A stretch of 64,000 nucleotides of DNA, from contig DATDZB010000009.1 of the NCBI GenBank assembly GCA_035288845.1, positions 8,814 through 72,813 on the forward strand, written 5' to 3'. Within the stretch, counting starts at the first letter, position 1, and the number at the start of each line of letters is the position of its first letter. The notes beneath the pieces are model-generated. The model saw nothing but the letters and a program-made list of their open reading frames with translations, ran no database searches and was not told the DNA's origin. Of this stretch, positions 9,888 to 19,315 are shown one piece after another. Source of the DNA: Candidatus Nanoarchaeia archaeon. GTDB taxonomy: Archaea > Nanobdellota > Nanobdellia > SCGC-AAA011-G17 > GW2011-AR18. The position numbers and the translations under genes were made by a program.

Positions 9888-10829
9888 TTAAATTTTACCA
9901 GAAACATAAATTCCAAGAACATAACTCAAAGCATGACTAGCTCTTAATGGTTTTTTAAGTTCAGGCGTTAATCTAAAAGTAAAATCTAATTTATCTCTTA
10001 ATTCCTGACTTAATCCAAATTTATCATCGCCAAAAACTAAAGCAAATTTCTTATTCTCCATCAAAGTAGTTTTAAGATCTTTCTCATTAGAAATAGAATG
10101 TTTACTAAAACCAACAGAAACAAATCCTGAAGGCAGTTTATTAACAATATTCAATTGAAATATGGTATAGTCAATACCTTTAGTTTCTTCTTTAGCTTTA
10201 TTTAAAGTTTTTTCAAAGTTAGTTTTATTATCTGTAATAACATAAAGTGGTAATTTAAAAATCCAGCAAAGTCTTAAAAAATCTCCAATCTCACTAGCTA
10301 AAGCAGGATTTTCCAAAACAACTGCAAATTTACTTAAATCAACTTTTAAAGAAAAATCTTTCATCCATAAAGCCTTATTAGAATAAGATAACCTATATTT
10401 TAATCCATCATCAAATTTTTTAACTTCTAAATAAATTATATCTCCTTCTTCACTAAAATTAATTCCTTCATATTTTAAATAAGGATTAATATGCCTATAA
10501 AGAGATTTAGCAGAAATCTTAATTTTATCATGAAATTTATTTTCAATTGAATATATTTTAATATTAAATTTTTTAACTAAGTTTAAACAATCTTCTTTAA
10601 TAGTCTTAAAATTAAATGTTTTCCAAGAATTAAATAAAACACCAACTCTTGAAATTTCGTGAAGTTCTAGAAATTTATTTGCACTTAATTTACTTTCAAC
10701 TAAACAACCAACAATATCTTCTTCATAAATTAAAGAATTATCTAAATGTTTTATTTTAGAAATAAAAGTTTTTTCATTTATATCAAATTTATTTAAAAAT
10801 AACAAATATTTCATAGGTACCATTTTCAA
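9888..10829 (-). CDS. putative SPOUT-class RNA methyltransferase with N-terminal RNA-binding-like domain
   Basis: The C-terminus 'ALVFGDDKFGLSQELRDKLDFTFRLTP...LRASHALSYVLG' resembles SpoU/TrmH motifs 2 and 3. The N-terminal half is unassigned. Confidence 0.4.
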   Translation of the reverse strand: MKMVPMKYLLFLNKFDINEKTFISKIKHLDNSLIYEEDIVGCLVESKLSANKFLELHEISRVGVLFNSWKTFNFKTIKEDCLNLVKKFNIKIYSIENKFHDKIKISAKSLYRHINPYLKYEGINFSEEGDIIYLEVKKFDDGLKYRLSYSNKALWMKDFSLKVDLSKFAVVLENPALASEIGDFLRLCWIFKLPLYVITDNKTNFEKTLNKAKEETKGIDYTIFQLNIVNKLPSGFVSVGFSKHSISNEKDLKTTLMENKKFALVFGDDKFGLSQELRDKLDFTFRLTPELKKPLRASHALSYVLGIYVSGKI

Positions 10830-10919
10830 TTAAAACTTATAAAAGTATTCATAATAAAAGATTACTTTAACGTAGTAACATAAAGAAAGCTATTTAAAGA
10901 TTTTGAAAATTTCAAAAGA

Positions 10920-11540
10920 ATGGCACAAAGTAAACCTATAAAGATTAATGGAAAATTAAAACCAATACAAGAATTGCCAAAATTAAGTCATTATGATAAT
11001 TTAGCAGATAATGTTAGAAAATGGTACCTAAAAAATGTTGCTGCAAGTGTTCTATGTATTGGTATAACTGCTCACACTCTAAAAGAACAATATGATAATA
11101 ATCCAAGTCTTGCTTATTTAGGAGGAGCAGCTTCAGTAGCAGGAGTTTTATTAGGTTATAAACAAGTTACAGATTTTAGGAAAAAATTTAGAAAAAATCC
11201 TTTAACAAATCAGCTAGAAAGAGCAAAATTAGTAGAGGCAGATGGAAATGAATTAGTAAGACACCCAATGTATTCAGCTTATGGTTTAGTACACATAGGA
11301 ATGATGTTAATGTTTCCTTCATTCTTAAATTTAACTGCTCAAATTGGAAATTTAGTTTTATTAGATTTGACTGCAACAAACGAAGAAAAAGCTTTGCAAA
11401 AAGTGTATGGGGATCAATATAAAAAATATAAAGAAAAAACTCCTAAGTATATTCCCCCTTTAAGTAAAGTGCAAGATAGAGTTAATTCATATTTAATTCA
11501 ACATCCAAAATTAGAAAATTTAGTAAATTTATTTAAATAA
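10920..11540 (+). CDS. ICMT/PEMT-family membrane methyltransferase
   Basis: 'LVRHPMYSAYGLVHIG' (RHPxYxG motif) set among TM segments. Confidence 0.6.
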   Translation: MAQSKPIKINGKLKPIQELPKLSHYDNLADNVRKWYLKNVAASVLCIGITAHTLKEQYDNNPSLAYLGGAASVAGVLLGYKQVTDFRKKFRKNPLTNQLERAKLVEADGNELVRHPMYSAYGLVHIGMMLMFPSFLNLTAQIGNLVLLDLTATNEEKALQKVYGDQYKKYKEKTPKYIPPLSKVQDRVNSYLIQHPKLENLVNLFK

Positions 11541-11555
11541 AAAAAATAAAAGAAG

Positions 11556-11930
11556 TTATATGCTAGCTTCAACATATTCTCCATAAATATTTTTTTCTGC
11601 AAGCTTATTTACTTCTAAGATTAATGATTTCAAGGATGCTTTCAAAGATTTCTTTAAACCCCAGTCTATAGCATTAACAGAAACCAACCCATATGCCGTA
11701 TTAGCTGCAATACTTGAAAACAACAATGGTTTTCCAAAATAACTAGATTCAAAGACTTTGAAATAAACATTCAAATCAAAGACCTCTGTTTCATCTCCAT
11801 ATTCAACCAAGAACTTTTCCATGTATTCTCTTAAAGTATCTCTATCAAAATTAGACACTTTAAGGTCCCCAGAAAAATCTATTTCTATTCTGCTTTTAAG
11901 TTTCTCTAAAGCCATTCTATCCACCCCCAA
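11556..11930 (-). CDS. hypothetical protein
   Basis: 124-aa ORF with no secure motif. Confidence 0.45.
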   Translation of the reverse strand: MGVDRMALEKLKSRIEIDFSGDLKVSNFDRDTLREYMEKFLVEYGDETEVFDLNVYFKVFESSYFGKPLLFSSIAANTAYGLVSVNAIDWGLKKSLKASLKSLILEVNKLAEKNIYGEYVEASI

Positions 11931-12039
11931 TACTTAACCCCATATATTAATAGTTAAGCTTGTTATTAAACAATATTGAATAGTAACATATACTTTAGAA
12001 AAGTAAAATCATTCAAAAGTAGAAACAAAAACAATTAAG

Positions 12040-12049
12040 TATAAAAATA
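12040..12049 (+). promoter_or_regulatory. candidate TATA box for tRNA-Leu
   Basis: 'TATAAAAATA' lies at about -33..-24 from tRNA position 1. AT-rich background makes this weak evidence. Confidence 0.3.
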
Positions 12050-12072
12050 TATTCTAATCATTTCTAAAATAT

Positions 12073-12155
12073 GCAGGGATGCCGGAGTGGCCAAACGGAG
12101 CAGTCTCAAAAGCTGTTGGCTTAGGCCTACGTAGGTTCGAACCCTACTCCCTGCA
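12073..12155 (+). tRNA. tRNA-Leu(CAA), class II, no intron, CCA not encoded
   Basis: Hand fold: acceptor GCAGGGA/TCCCTGC, anticodon arm GCAGT-CTCAAAA-GCTGT, long variable arm, T arm GTAGG-TTCGAAC-CCTAC, discriminator A. Confidence 0.9.
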
Positions 12156-12197
12156 TTCAATAATTAAACTTATAAACATATACTTTAATTTTAGTTT

Positions 12198-12905
12198 ATG
12201 ATTAAAAAAATAATTATAGATCAAGAAGAAAATATTCATTATTACAAAAAAGGAGATTTCCATTCTCATTTTGGATTTCTGAAAGAAAAAGATATAACAG
12301 AAGGGATAGTAAAAAGTAATCTAGGAAAAGAGTTTATAGTATTTGATGCAAGTTTTATTGATAATATTCATCAGATAAAAAGAGGTCCTGCAATTTCTCA
12401 TCCTAAAGACATAGGAACAATTATTGCAACAACAGGTGTAGGGGTAAAATCTAAAGTTGTAGATGCTGGTTCTGGTTGTGCAAATTTAGCTTTAAGTTTA
12501 GCAAGAATAGGATGCGATGTTACAACTTATGAAATAAATCAACAACATCATGATATAGCAAAACATAATATTGAAAATATAAATAAAAAAATTAAAATAA
12601 AAAACAAAGACATTTACAAAGGAATAGATGAAAAAAATTTAGATTTAGTAATGTTAGATTTACCAGAACCTTGGCAAGTTCTAGAACATGCACATAAAAA
12701 ACTTAAATCTGGTGGTTTTTTAGTAGCTTATCTGCCTACAATAATACAAGTTTCGCAATTAGTACAAAATCTAAAAGATAAATTTTATTTGTGGAAAGTT
12801 TCTGAAACTTTAGAAAGAGAATGGCATGTTGCAGAGTTAAGAGTAAGACCTAAAAACCAAATGCTAGGCCATACAGCATTTTTAGTGTTTGCTAGAAAGA
12901 TTTAA
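12198..12905 (+). CDS. trmI: tRNA (adenine-N1)-methyltransferase TrmI/Gcd14 family
   Basis: 'VVDAGSGCANLALSLAR', 'DLVMLDLPEPWQVLEHAHKKLKSGG' and 'VRP...GHTAFLVFARK' are the TrmI blocks. Confidence 0.85.
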   Translation: MIKKIIIDQEENIHYYKKGDFHSHFGFLKEKDITEGIVKSNLGKEFIVFDASFIDNIHQIKRGPAISHPKDIGTIIATTGVGVKSKVVDAGSGCANLALSLARIGCDVTTYEINQQHHDIAKHNIENINKKIKIKNKDIYKGIDEKNLDLVMLDLPEPWQVLEHAHKKLKSGGFLVAYLPTIIQVSQLVQNLKDKFYLWKVSETLEREWHVAELRVRPKNQMLGHTAFLVFARKI

Positions 12906-12929
12906 AAATATAGTAAAAAACATAATTCT

Positions 12930-14765
12930 ATGGAAACAAGCACATATGTAATTGATACTTCTGTTATAATAGAAAGATTAGTATCTCAATTTATTAAAAA
13001 CAAAAAAATAGTAGGAAAAATATTAATTCCAAAAGCAGTTCTAGCTGAATTAGAACATCAAGCAAATACAGGACAAGAAATAGGTTTTCTAGGTTTAGAA
13101 GAGTTGCAAACATTACAAGATTTAAATAAAAAGGGAAAAATTGAACTGCAATTTGTTGGTGAAAGGCCTAATTTATATCAAGTTATTGAAGCAAAAAGAA
13201 GAGGAGAAATTGATGCTTTAATAAGAGATATTGCTTATGCTGAAGGAGCAATATTAGTAACAGCAGATAAAGTTCAATCAGAATCAGCAAAAGCTCTAGG
13301 CATGGAAGTTATGTATTGTGGTAGAAAAGAATTAGCAGAAAAATTAGAAATGGAAAAATATTTTGATAATATAACTATGTCTGTTCACTTAAAAGAAGGT
13401 TGTACACCGCAAGCAAAAAAAGGTGGACCTGGTAATTGGAAATTAGAAGAAGTAGGAAAAGAAAAATTAACACAATTACAAGTTGAAAACATGGCTAAAG
13501 AAATTGTTGAAAGAGCAAGAATTGAACCAAATGCTTTTATCGAAATTTCAAGACCTGGATCAACAATTGTTCAATATAAAGATTATAGAATTGTAATAAC
13601 TAAAACTCCTGTTTCAGATGGATGGGAAATTACATCCGTAAAACCAATAAAAGTTTTAAAAATTGAAGATTATAATTTACCAGATAAAATTGCAGAAAGA
13701 GTAAAAGCAAAAGCAAGAGGAGTAATAATTGCAGGAACTACAGGTTCAGGTAAATCAACATTTGCTCAATCTCTAGCTGAATATTATGCAGCAAGTAAAT
13801 TTGTAACTAAAACAGTAGAAAGTCCAAGAAGTTTAATATTATCTGAATCAATAACGCAATATAGTAAAAATTTAGCTAGTAGTGAAGAAATCCATGACAT
13901 TTTATTTTTAGCAAGACCAGATTATATTATATTTGATGAAATGAGAGACACACCAGATTTTGTATTATTTACCGATTTAAGATTAGGCGGTTCTAATGTT
14001 CTAGGAGTTTTACATGCAGCAACACCAATAGATGCAATTCAAAGATTTATTGGAAGATTAGATACAGGAATGATTCCGAGTGTTTTAGACACTTTATTAT
14101 TTATTGACAAAGGAACTGTATCTCAAATTTTAACAGTTCAAATGATAGTTAAAGTTCCTTCAGGAATGACAGAAGCAGATTTAGCACGTCCAGTAATTGA
14201 AGTTAAAGATTACTTAAATGATAAATTAGTATTTGAAATTTATAGTTATGGTGAAGAAACAGTAGTTATTCCAGTTCAAGAAGGTGGAGAATTTGTAAAT
14301 CCAACAAATAGGTTGGCAGAAAAACAATTAGAAAGAGAATTAAAACAACATGTAGATCCAGTTAAAGTAAAAATGCTTTCAAGTGGAAGAGCAGAAATTT
14401 ATGTTCCTGCAGAAGAAATTGCAAGAATAATTGGAAAAGAAGGAAAAAATATTGACAAACTAGAAAAACAAATGGGAATAAAATTGACTGTTAAAGAATT
14501 AGTAGATAATGGTTCTATTGAAGATGAAGAAGATTCAAATAGAAGTCCTATAAATTATAAAATAGAAGAAAGTAAAAAAGCAGTTGTATTCAAATTAGCA
14601 CCACAATATTCTGGTGCATCAGCAGAGTTACATGTTGACAATCATTTCTTATTAGCTACAACAGTAGGGAAAAATGCTGAATTAAAAATTAATAAAAAAT
14701 CTCAACTAGGAAGAGAACTTCTAAATGATTTAAATAAAGGTAGAAAAATAGAAATTAGAATTTAA
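12930..14765 (+). CDS. PIN-domain / PilT-like ATPase / KH-domain protein
   Basis: N-terminal PIN ('YVIDTSVII...'), Walker A 'GTTGSGKST', Walker B 'IIFDEMRD' and a C-terminal KH ('IARIIGKEGKNIDKLEKQMG'). Confidence 0.8.
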   Translation: METSTYVIDTSVIIERLVSQFIKNKKIVGKILIPKAVLAELEHQANTGQEIGFLGLEELQTLQDLNKKGKIELQFVGERPNLYQVIEAKRRGEIDALIRDIAYAEGAILVTADKVQSESAKALGMEVMYCGRKELAEKLEMEKYFDNITMSVHLKEGCTPQAKKGGPGNWKLEEVGKEKLTQLQVENMAKEIVERARIEPNAFIEISRPGSTIVQYKDYRIVITKTPVSDGWEITSVKPIKVLKIEDYNLPDKIAERVKAKARGVIIAGTTGSGKSTFAQSLAEYYAASKFVTKTVESPRSLILSESITQYSKNLASSEEIHDILFLARPDYIIFDEMRDTPDFVLFTDLRLGGSNVLGVLHAATPIDAIQRFIGRLDTGMIPSVLDTLLFIDKGTVSQILTVQMIVKVPSGMTEADLARPVIEVKDYLNDKLVFEIYSYGEETVVIPVQEGGEFVNPTNRLAEKQLERELKQHVDPVKVKMLSSGRAEIYVPAEEIARIIGKEGKNIDKLEKQMGIKLTVKELVDNGSIEDEEDSNRSPINYKIEESKKAVVFKLAPQYSGASAELHVDNHFLLATTVGKNAELKINKKSQLGRELLNDLNKGRKIEIRI

Positions 14766-14799
14766 TAATCTTAATATATTAAAAGAAATAATAATTTTT

Positions 14800-15207
14800 A
14801 TGAGTGAAGAAAAATCTCCAAGAATAACAAGTGCAGTTCTAGTTGAAAAAGATGGAAAGTTTTTATTAGGAGAAAGAAATAAAGATAGTGCCAAAGGTTA
14901 CTGGGTAATACCTGGTGGTGGAGTTAAATTTGGAGAAACAATTTATGATGCTGCAATAAGGGAAATAAAAGAAGAAACAAATTTAGATGTAGAGATAATA
15001 AAATTAATTGGTTATAAAGAAGTAATAGTTACCGAACATAATTATCATCGTTTAATTTTCTTTCACTTAGCAAAACCAAAACATACAAATATAGAAGCTA
15101 AAGATGATATATCAAAAGCAGAATTCTTTTCTATTGAAGAAATTAAAAAATTAAAACTTATTGATAGTGCCCAATGGGCTTTAAAAGAAGCAGGTTTTTG
15201 GAAATAA
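14800..15207 (+). CDS. NUDIX hydrolase
   Basis: Nudix box 'GGGVKFGETIYDAAIREIKEETNL'. Confidence 0.85.
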   Translation: MSEEKSPRITSAVLVEKDGKFLLGERNKDSAKGYWVIPGGGVKFGETIYDAAIREIKEETNLDVEIIKLIGYKEVIVTEHNYHRLIFFHLAKPKHTNIEAKDDISKAEFFSIEEIKKLKLIDSAQWALKEAGFWK

Positions 15208-15214
15208 TTTATTT

Positions 15215-15850
15215 TTATATAATTTTTAATAATATTTTTAATTCATCTAAATCTATTTTGTTGAACTGCTCTTTATACAATTCATTGACTAACCAAAGTC
15301 CACTCTCTTTAATTTTTTCCTTTGGAGAAAATAATCCCAACCATTTTTCAGAAGGCTTGCACTCATTACAATTAGAAATAGTGAAAATAATTTTTGATTC
15401 TAACTTTAATCTATCTTCTTTCTTAATAACTTCAAAGATAACAAAACTAAAATTATCCCGCATATATTTTGTAACATTCTTTTCCACTTCTTTTTGTTTA
15501 TTAAAATTAATGTGCGGATTTTTTATTCTCACTTCTCTAATAAGAGGTGTAAGTTCCCAATCTTTCAAGAAAGGATCTTTGTTTTTATTCAATAAACATC
15601 TACCTATATTTTTTCTGAATATGCTTCTATCTTTATTTTCATTAATAAAATGTTCTTTCAATCTTAATCCAAGATTATTTTGTCCAGTATGTGTTCCTAT
15701 TCTCACAATTCTCTCACCCATATGGGCATTTTCTCCTTTCTCAAAAAGAATATAAATACCATTAAGGGGAATTTCATTATTATTAAATGGAAAGTAAAAT
15801 CTTTTCATTCCATTAAACCAATTATGAATAGTAGAGCATTCTTCGCTCAT
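15215..15850 (-). CDS. GIY-YIG-like nuclease domain protein
   Basis: 'NGIYILFEKGE...IVRIGTHTG...LRLKEH' followed by 'RLKLESKIIF' fits the GIY / YIG / R / E spacing. The C-terminal domain is unassigned. Confidence 0.5.
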   Translation of the reverse strand: MSEECSTIHNWFNGMKRFYFPFNNNEIPLNGIYILFEKGENAHMGERIVRIGTHTGQNNLGLRLKEHFINENKDRSIFRKNIGRCLLNKNKDPFLKDWELTPLIREVRIKNPHINFNKQKEVEKNVTKYMRDNFSFVIFEVIKKEDRLKLESKIIFTISNCNECKPSEKWLGLFSPKEKIKESGLWLVNELYKEQFNKIDLDELKILLKII

Positions 15851-16260
15851 TTTATTTTTCCTTTTAAGTATTGAAGTTGTTTTCCAATACCTAAACCTTC
15901 AAGTGGAATTTTATAATCTTTTAGACTATTAATAAGATATTTTCTATAATTTTCACCTGCAAGAAAAATAAATTCATCATTATTTAGATCAGCAACTTTC
16001 CTTAATTCTTCCAAAACATTCGCAGCCCACATTTTTTTCTCAACGGAATTCATAGCATTAAGTGTCTTATCATAAGTTTCTATTTCTTTATCTAAATTCA
16101 GTAATCCATATTTTGCAGAAAGAATAAATATCTTATCTGGATTAAAAGACTTAGCAAAACTAAGATTCATTTTAAAAAGTGAGCTTATGTAGATATCTTT
16201 TGCCCTTGCTTTATGAAGCAATTTTTTATTAGCACATGAAATTAATACAATTTTAGCCAT
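15847..16260 (-). CDS. hypothetical alpha/beta protein, translationally coupled to the GIY-YIG gene
   Basis: The track start at 16278 is TTG; the first ATG is at 16260 ('MAKIVLISCANKK...'). Its stop overlaps the downstream start in ATGA. I cannot place it in a family with confidence. Confidence 0.45.
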   Translation of the reverse strand: MAKIVLISCANKKLLHKARAKDIYISSLFKMNLSFAKSFNPDKIFILSAKYGLLNLDKEIETYDKTLNAMNSVEKKMWAANVLEELRKVADLNNDEFIFLAGENYRKYLINSLKDYKIPLEGLGIGKQLQYLKGKIK

Positions 16261-16291
16261 TTTATATATAAATTTCAAATACTATTCAAAG

Positions 16292-16678
16292 TCATTTTTT
16301 ATCAAAAATATCATGTTTTAAATTTTTAAAAGTTTCAGCAATATCAATTATATATTTTCCTTCTTCTAATCTATAAACCATTGGTTCACCTTTAAATAAT
16401 CTAACAAGATCTAATTCAAATTTTCCAGGTTTCAAAATATTAACAGAAGCCAAATCTAAAATCACTGGTTTGTCATCTGCATGACCAACTATCTCTAAAA
16501 CATCTTGCTCTATTTTCTCTTTTTCTTGTGCAGTTAATTGACTAGTTGCTTCTTTTACTTTTTCTAAAGCTTCTTTTCTAATGAAAAAGAAAAATTTACC
16601 ACCGCAATCACTACATCCTTTTAAAATTTCAGAATTAGCATCTTCATACAACTTACTACATTTAACACATTGGTGCAT
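16292..16678 (-). CDS. Zn-ribbon protein (archaeal GTPase-cluster partner)
   Basis: 'CVKCSKLY...CSDCGGKFFFF' is a CxxC...CxxC ribbon at the N-terminus. Confidence 0.55.
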   Translation of the reverse strand: MHQCVKCSKLYEDANSEILKGCSDCGGKFFFFIRKEALEKVKEATSQLTAQEKEKIEQDVLEIVGHADDKPVILDLASVNILKPGKFELDLVRLFKGEPMVYRLEEGKYIIDIAETFKNLKHDIFDKK

Positions 16679-16767
16679 TAAAATAACAAGGAACTATAAT
16701 ATATTAAGATTTCTATATAACAAGCATTATAAGATAGACTTATAAATTTTATTTTTATTATATTTTT

Positions 16768-17046
16768 ATGACATTAGAAGAAAATGTAAATAAATTAGTA
16801 AATGAAATTAAAGGTGCTAAAAGTGATCTAATGGTTGTATTTGCATGTGCAGTCTTTGCAACAATAGCTTCTTGCAATTCATGTATTAAAATGAATGATG
16901 TACTTTCTTATGTTAAACCAGAATTAAAAGTTGAAAATGTAATAGGTAAAGAAGCTCCAGAAAAGTTCTATGAAATAAATAGACAAAAAGTTTATTTAGA
17001 AATTGATGGAAAACCAGTAGATCAATACGTAAAAGAAAAACAATAA
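16768..17046 (+). CDS. hypothetical small membrane protein
   Basis: 92 aa with one hydrophobic segment. It lies on the opposite strand, inside the GTPase cluster. Confidence 0.4.
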   Translation: MTLEENVNKLVNEIKGAKSDLMVVFACAVFATIASCNSCIKMNDVLSYVKPELKVENVIGKEAPEKFYEINRQKVYLEIDGKPVDQYVKEKQ

Positions 17047-17048
17047 TT

Positions 17049-17432
17049 TTATCTTTTATTTTTCTTATTATCCATTGTTAATAATTCAATTCTTTTAGGA
17101 TCTTTTCTAATTTCTTTAACAATAGTGGCAGGCCCAACAATAGTTAATCCAGGTCTTCTTTTTAATAAAAAATTTCCTAAATCTTTTTTTATTTTTTCAA
17201 ATAAAGAATTTTTCTTAGGACTGTAATCAATACTAGCAATTTCTACACCTTTAAAATCTTTAGTAATAATTTCCATTGTTCTTTTAATCAATTCAGATTC
17301 TTCAAGTGGATCTAATCTCCCTTCAATAAGTAAAATATTTCCTTCTTTAACATATTTTAAGATTTTAGAAATTTTCTCACTCATACTAAGTTGAGCAAAT
17401 TCATGATGCGGCATATATTGTAGCGTTAACAT
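17049..17432 (-). CDS. conserved archaeal protein (GTPase-cluster partner)
   Basis: 127 aa, immediately downstream of the GTPase gene on the same strand. Confidence 0.5.
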   Translation of the reverse strand: MLTLQYMPHHEFAQLSMSEKISKILKYVKEGNILLIEGRLDPLEESELIKRTMEIITKDFKGVEIASIDYSPKKNSLFEKIKKDLGNFLLKRRPGLTIVGPATIVKEIRKDPKRIELLTMDNKKNKR

Positions 17433-17450
17433 TCTCTTTTTTAGTTACCT

Positions 17451-18083
17451 CTATCTTTTTACTAATTTAAATAGTTGTTCATAAAACTCATCCATATTAG
17501 TACCTTTCAAAGCACTAACACCAATAGTTGGATATTGTGGAAAAGCTGCTTCCACTCTTTTAATATCTGCTTTTCTTAAATCTGATTTATTAGCAACAAT
17601 TAATACTGGAATATCTCTAGCTGCTAGGTTTCCAATAATAGTAATATTAACTTGACTATAAGGATTTTGAGTTGAATCTAAAACAACTAAAACACAATCT
17701 ACTTGATCTAACCATTTAATAGCTTCAATAACTCCTTTAGTAGCTTCTTTAGCCCTATCTTTAGCTTCTTTAGCATTCATCTTATGTTTTATGAAATCTT
17801 CATAATCAATCTTAGTAGCAATTCCAGGTGTATCAACTAAATTAAAAGTTAATTCTTTTCCTTTAGATTTGATAGTTACTTTCTCTTTAATAATTACTTC
17901 TCTTGTTTCATGAGGTATTGCACTAGCAGTTGTAAACTCTTCTCCCAACCAATCTTTAGCTATTCTATTTGCTAATGAAGATTTACCTGCATTTGGTGGA
18001 CCATAGAAACCTAACTTAACACGTTTTTTACTTCCAAAAGCTCCAAAAATCCCCCTAAAAAAACTTCCTAACCCTTTTATCAT
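17451..18083 (-). CDS. small Era/EngB-like GTP-binding protein
   Basis: G1 'GPPNAGKSS', G3 'VDTPGI', G4 'ANKSDL'. Confidence 0.8.
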   Translation of the reverse strand: MIKGLGSFFRGIFGAFGSKKRVKLGFYGPPNAGKSSLANRIAKDWLGEEFTTASAIPHETREVIIKEKVTIKSKGKELTFNLVDTPGIATKIDYEDFIKHKMNAKEAKDRAKEATKGVIEAIKWLDQVDCVLVVLDSTQNPYSQVNITIIGNLAARDIPVLIVANKSDLRKADIKRVEAAFPQYPTIGVSALKGTNMDEFYEQLFKLVKR

Positions 18084-18147
18084 AATAAAAATTCTAATAA
18101 AACCTACACTTTTAAGCTTTTTGGTAAATTAATATACTATTTAACAA

Positions 18148-18270
18148 CTAATGAAAAACTTCTCCATGTTCAGAAAAATCAAACTGATATAACAAAGAAT
18201 CTAAGTTTAAAGCAGCTAAATTCCCAAGTCCTGAAGGTCTTTTATGCCTAATCCCAACACCAAAAGCCAT
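18148..18270 (-). CDS. candidate 40-aa ORF in a locally GC-richer intergenic patch
   Basis: Not in the track. ATG at 18270, reading MAFGVGIRHKRPSGLGNLAALNLDSLLYQFDFSEHGEVFH, stop at 18150..18148. It could equally be non-coding. Confidence 0.2.
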   Translation of the reverse strand: MAFGVGIRHKRPSGLGNLAALNLDSLLYQFDFSEHGEVFH

Positions 18271-18298
18271 ATCCTTACAGTTTCAATTTTATGTAAAA

Positions 18299-19234
18299 TC
18301 ACTTAGTATGTATTTCTACAATATCTCCTTCTTTTAAAACATGTTCTAATCCAACATTGCTTCCACTATGTTTAACACTTTTTCCCCAAACTCTTGCATA
18401 TTTAAAATTTTTAACAAAATCTTTATGAACATTTTCAGCTAAATCTAAAACAGTACTTCCTTTTTCTAAAGCAACTGGTGGCCAATCTGGTTTTTTACCT
18501 TGAGTCTTAGTTTGAACATAAACTAAATCCAACATATTCCAAATTCCTTCTTTAATATTATCAGCCCAAACAACAGGATATTTACATTTAAAAGAAGTCA
18601 TTACTTTATTAACAACAACTAAACATTTCTTAATTTCATTTTCTGTGTTTTCTTTTCTAATTTTTTTCAAACTAATAAAACATTTTTCAAATTCATTTTC
18701 AATTATTTTAATTTGTTTCTCACAATCTTGAGTTCCATCTACAATTATAACAATTAAATCTGAAGTTCTTGCAATGGCTAACAAACTAGGTCCGCTATCT
18801 CCCCTCATAAAACCTTCAAATATAGCTGGAATTTCAACTAACTGAATTTTAACACCTTCATAATCCATAACTCCAACTTCTGGTTTTTTAGTTGTAAATG
18901 GATAATCTGCAATTTCAATTTTAGCTCCAGTTAATTTATTTAGTAAATAGCTTTTTCCAGAATTAGGAACCCCAATTAAAGTAACTTGAGCAGCTCCTTC
19001 TTTTTTAACTATTGGAGTATAACCTCCACCGCCTTTTTTACTTCTTTCTTTCTCAACTTTTTCTCTTAATTTAGCTATTTTTTCTTTAATTTCTCCTCTT
19101 AATTTTTCTGACCCTTTATGTGAAGGTGAGGCAGAAAGTAAATTCTGCAAAGCTTTTATTTTTTCTTCATTAGTTTTAGCTTGCTCTACTTTCTCTAGTG
19201 CTTTACCATATTCATATCCTGCATTTACTGGCAT
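18299..19234 (-). CDS. DRG/Obg-family GTPase with C-terminal TGS domain
   Basis: 'GVPNSGKSYLLNKLTGAKIEIADYPFTTKKPEVGVM' plus 'ARVWGKSVKHSG...LKEGDIVEIH' (TGS). Confidence 0.8.
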   Translation of the reverse strand: MPVNAGYEYGKALEKVEQAKTNEEKIKALQNLLSASPSHKGSEKLRGEIKEKIAKLREKVEKERSKKGGGGYTPIVKKEGAAQVTLIGVPNSGKSYLLNKLTGAKIEIADYPFTTKKPEVGVMDYEGVKIQLVEIPAIFEGFMRGDSGPSLLAIARTSDLIVIIVDGTQDCEKQIKIIENEFEKCFISLKKIRKENTENEIKKCLVVVNKVMTSFKCKYPVVWADNIKEGIWNMLDLVYVQTKTQGKKPDWPPVALEKGSTVLDLAENVHKDFVKNFKYARVWGKSVKHSGSNVGLEHVLKEGDIVEIHTK

Positions 19235-19315
19235 AAAATAACAAAATATATAGAATTAATAAAGATTAGCATTAAAAACAACAATCTTTATAAAACAATT
19301 AAATTCCACAAATTC

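Noticed and set aside
15174-15874. Plus-strand ORFs 15174..15755 and 15680..15874.
   Set aside because: They are antisense shadows of the GIY-YIG-like gene. Their sequence is low-complexity and Phe/Ser/Leu/Ile-rich, typical of the reverse complement of a Lys/Glu/Asn-rich gene.
18084-18298. Possible C/D-box sRNA (ATGAAAA ... CAGA ... CTGA).
   Set aside because: The C box deviates from RUGAUGA, there is no C' box, the D' box is imperfect and there is no terminal stem.
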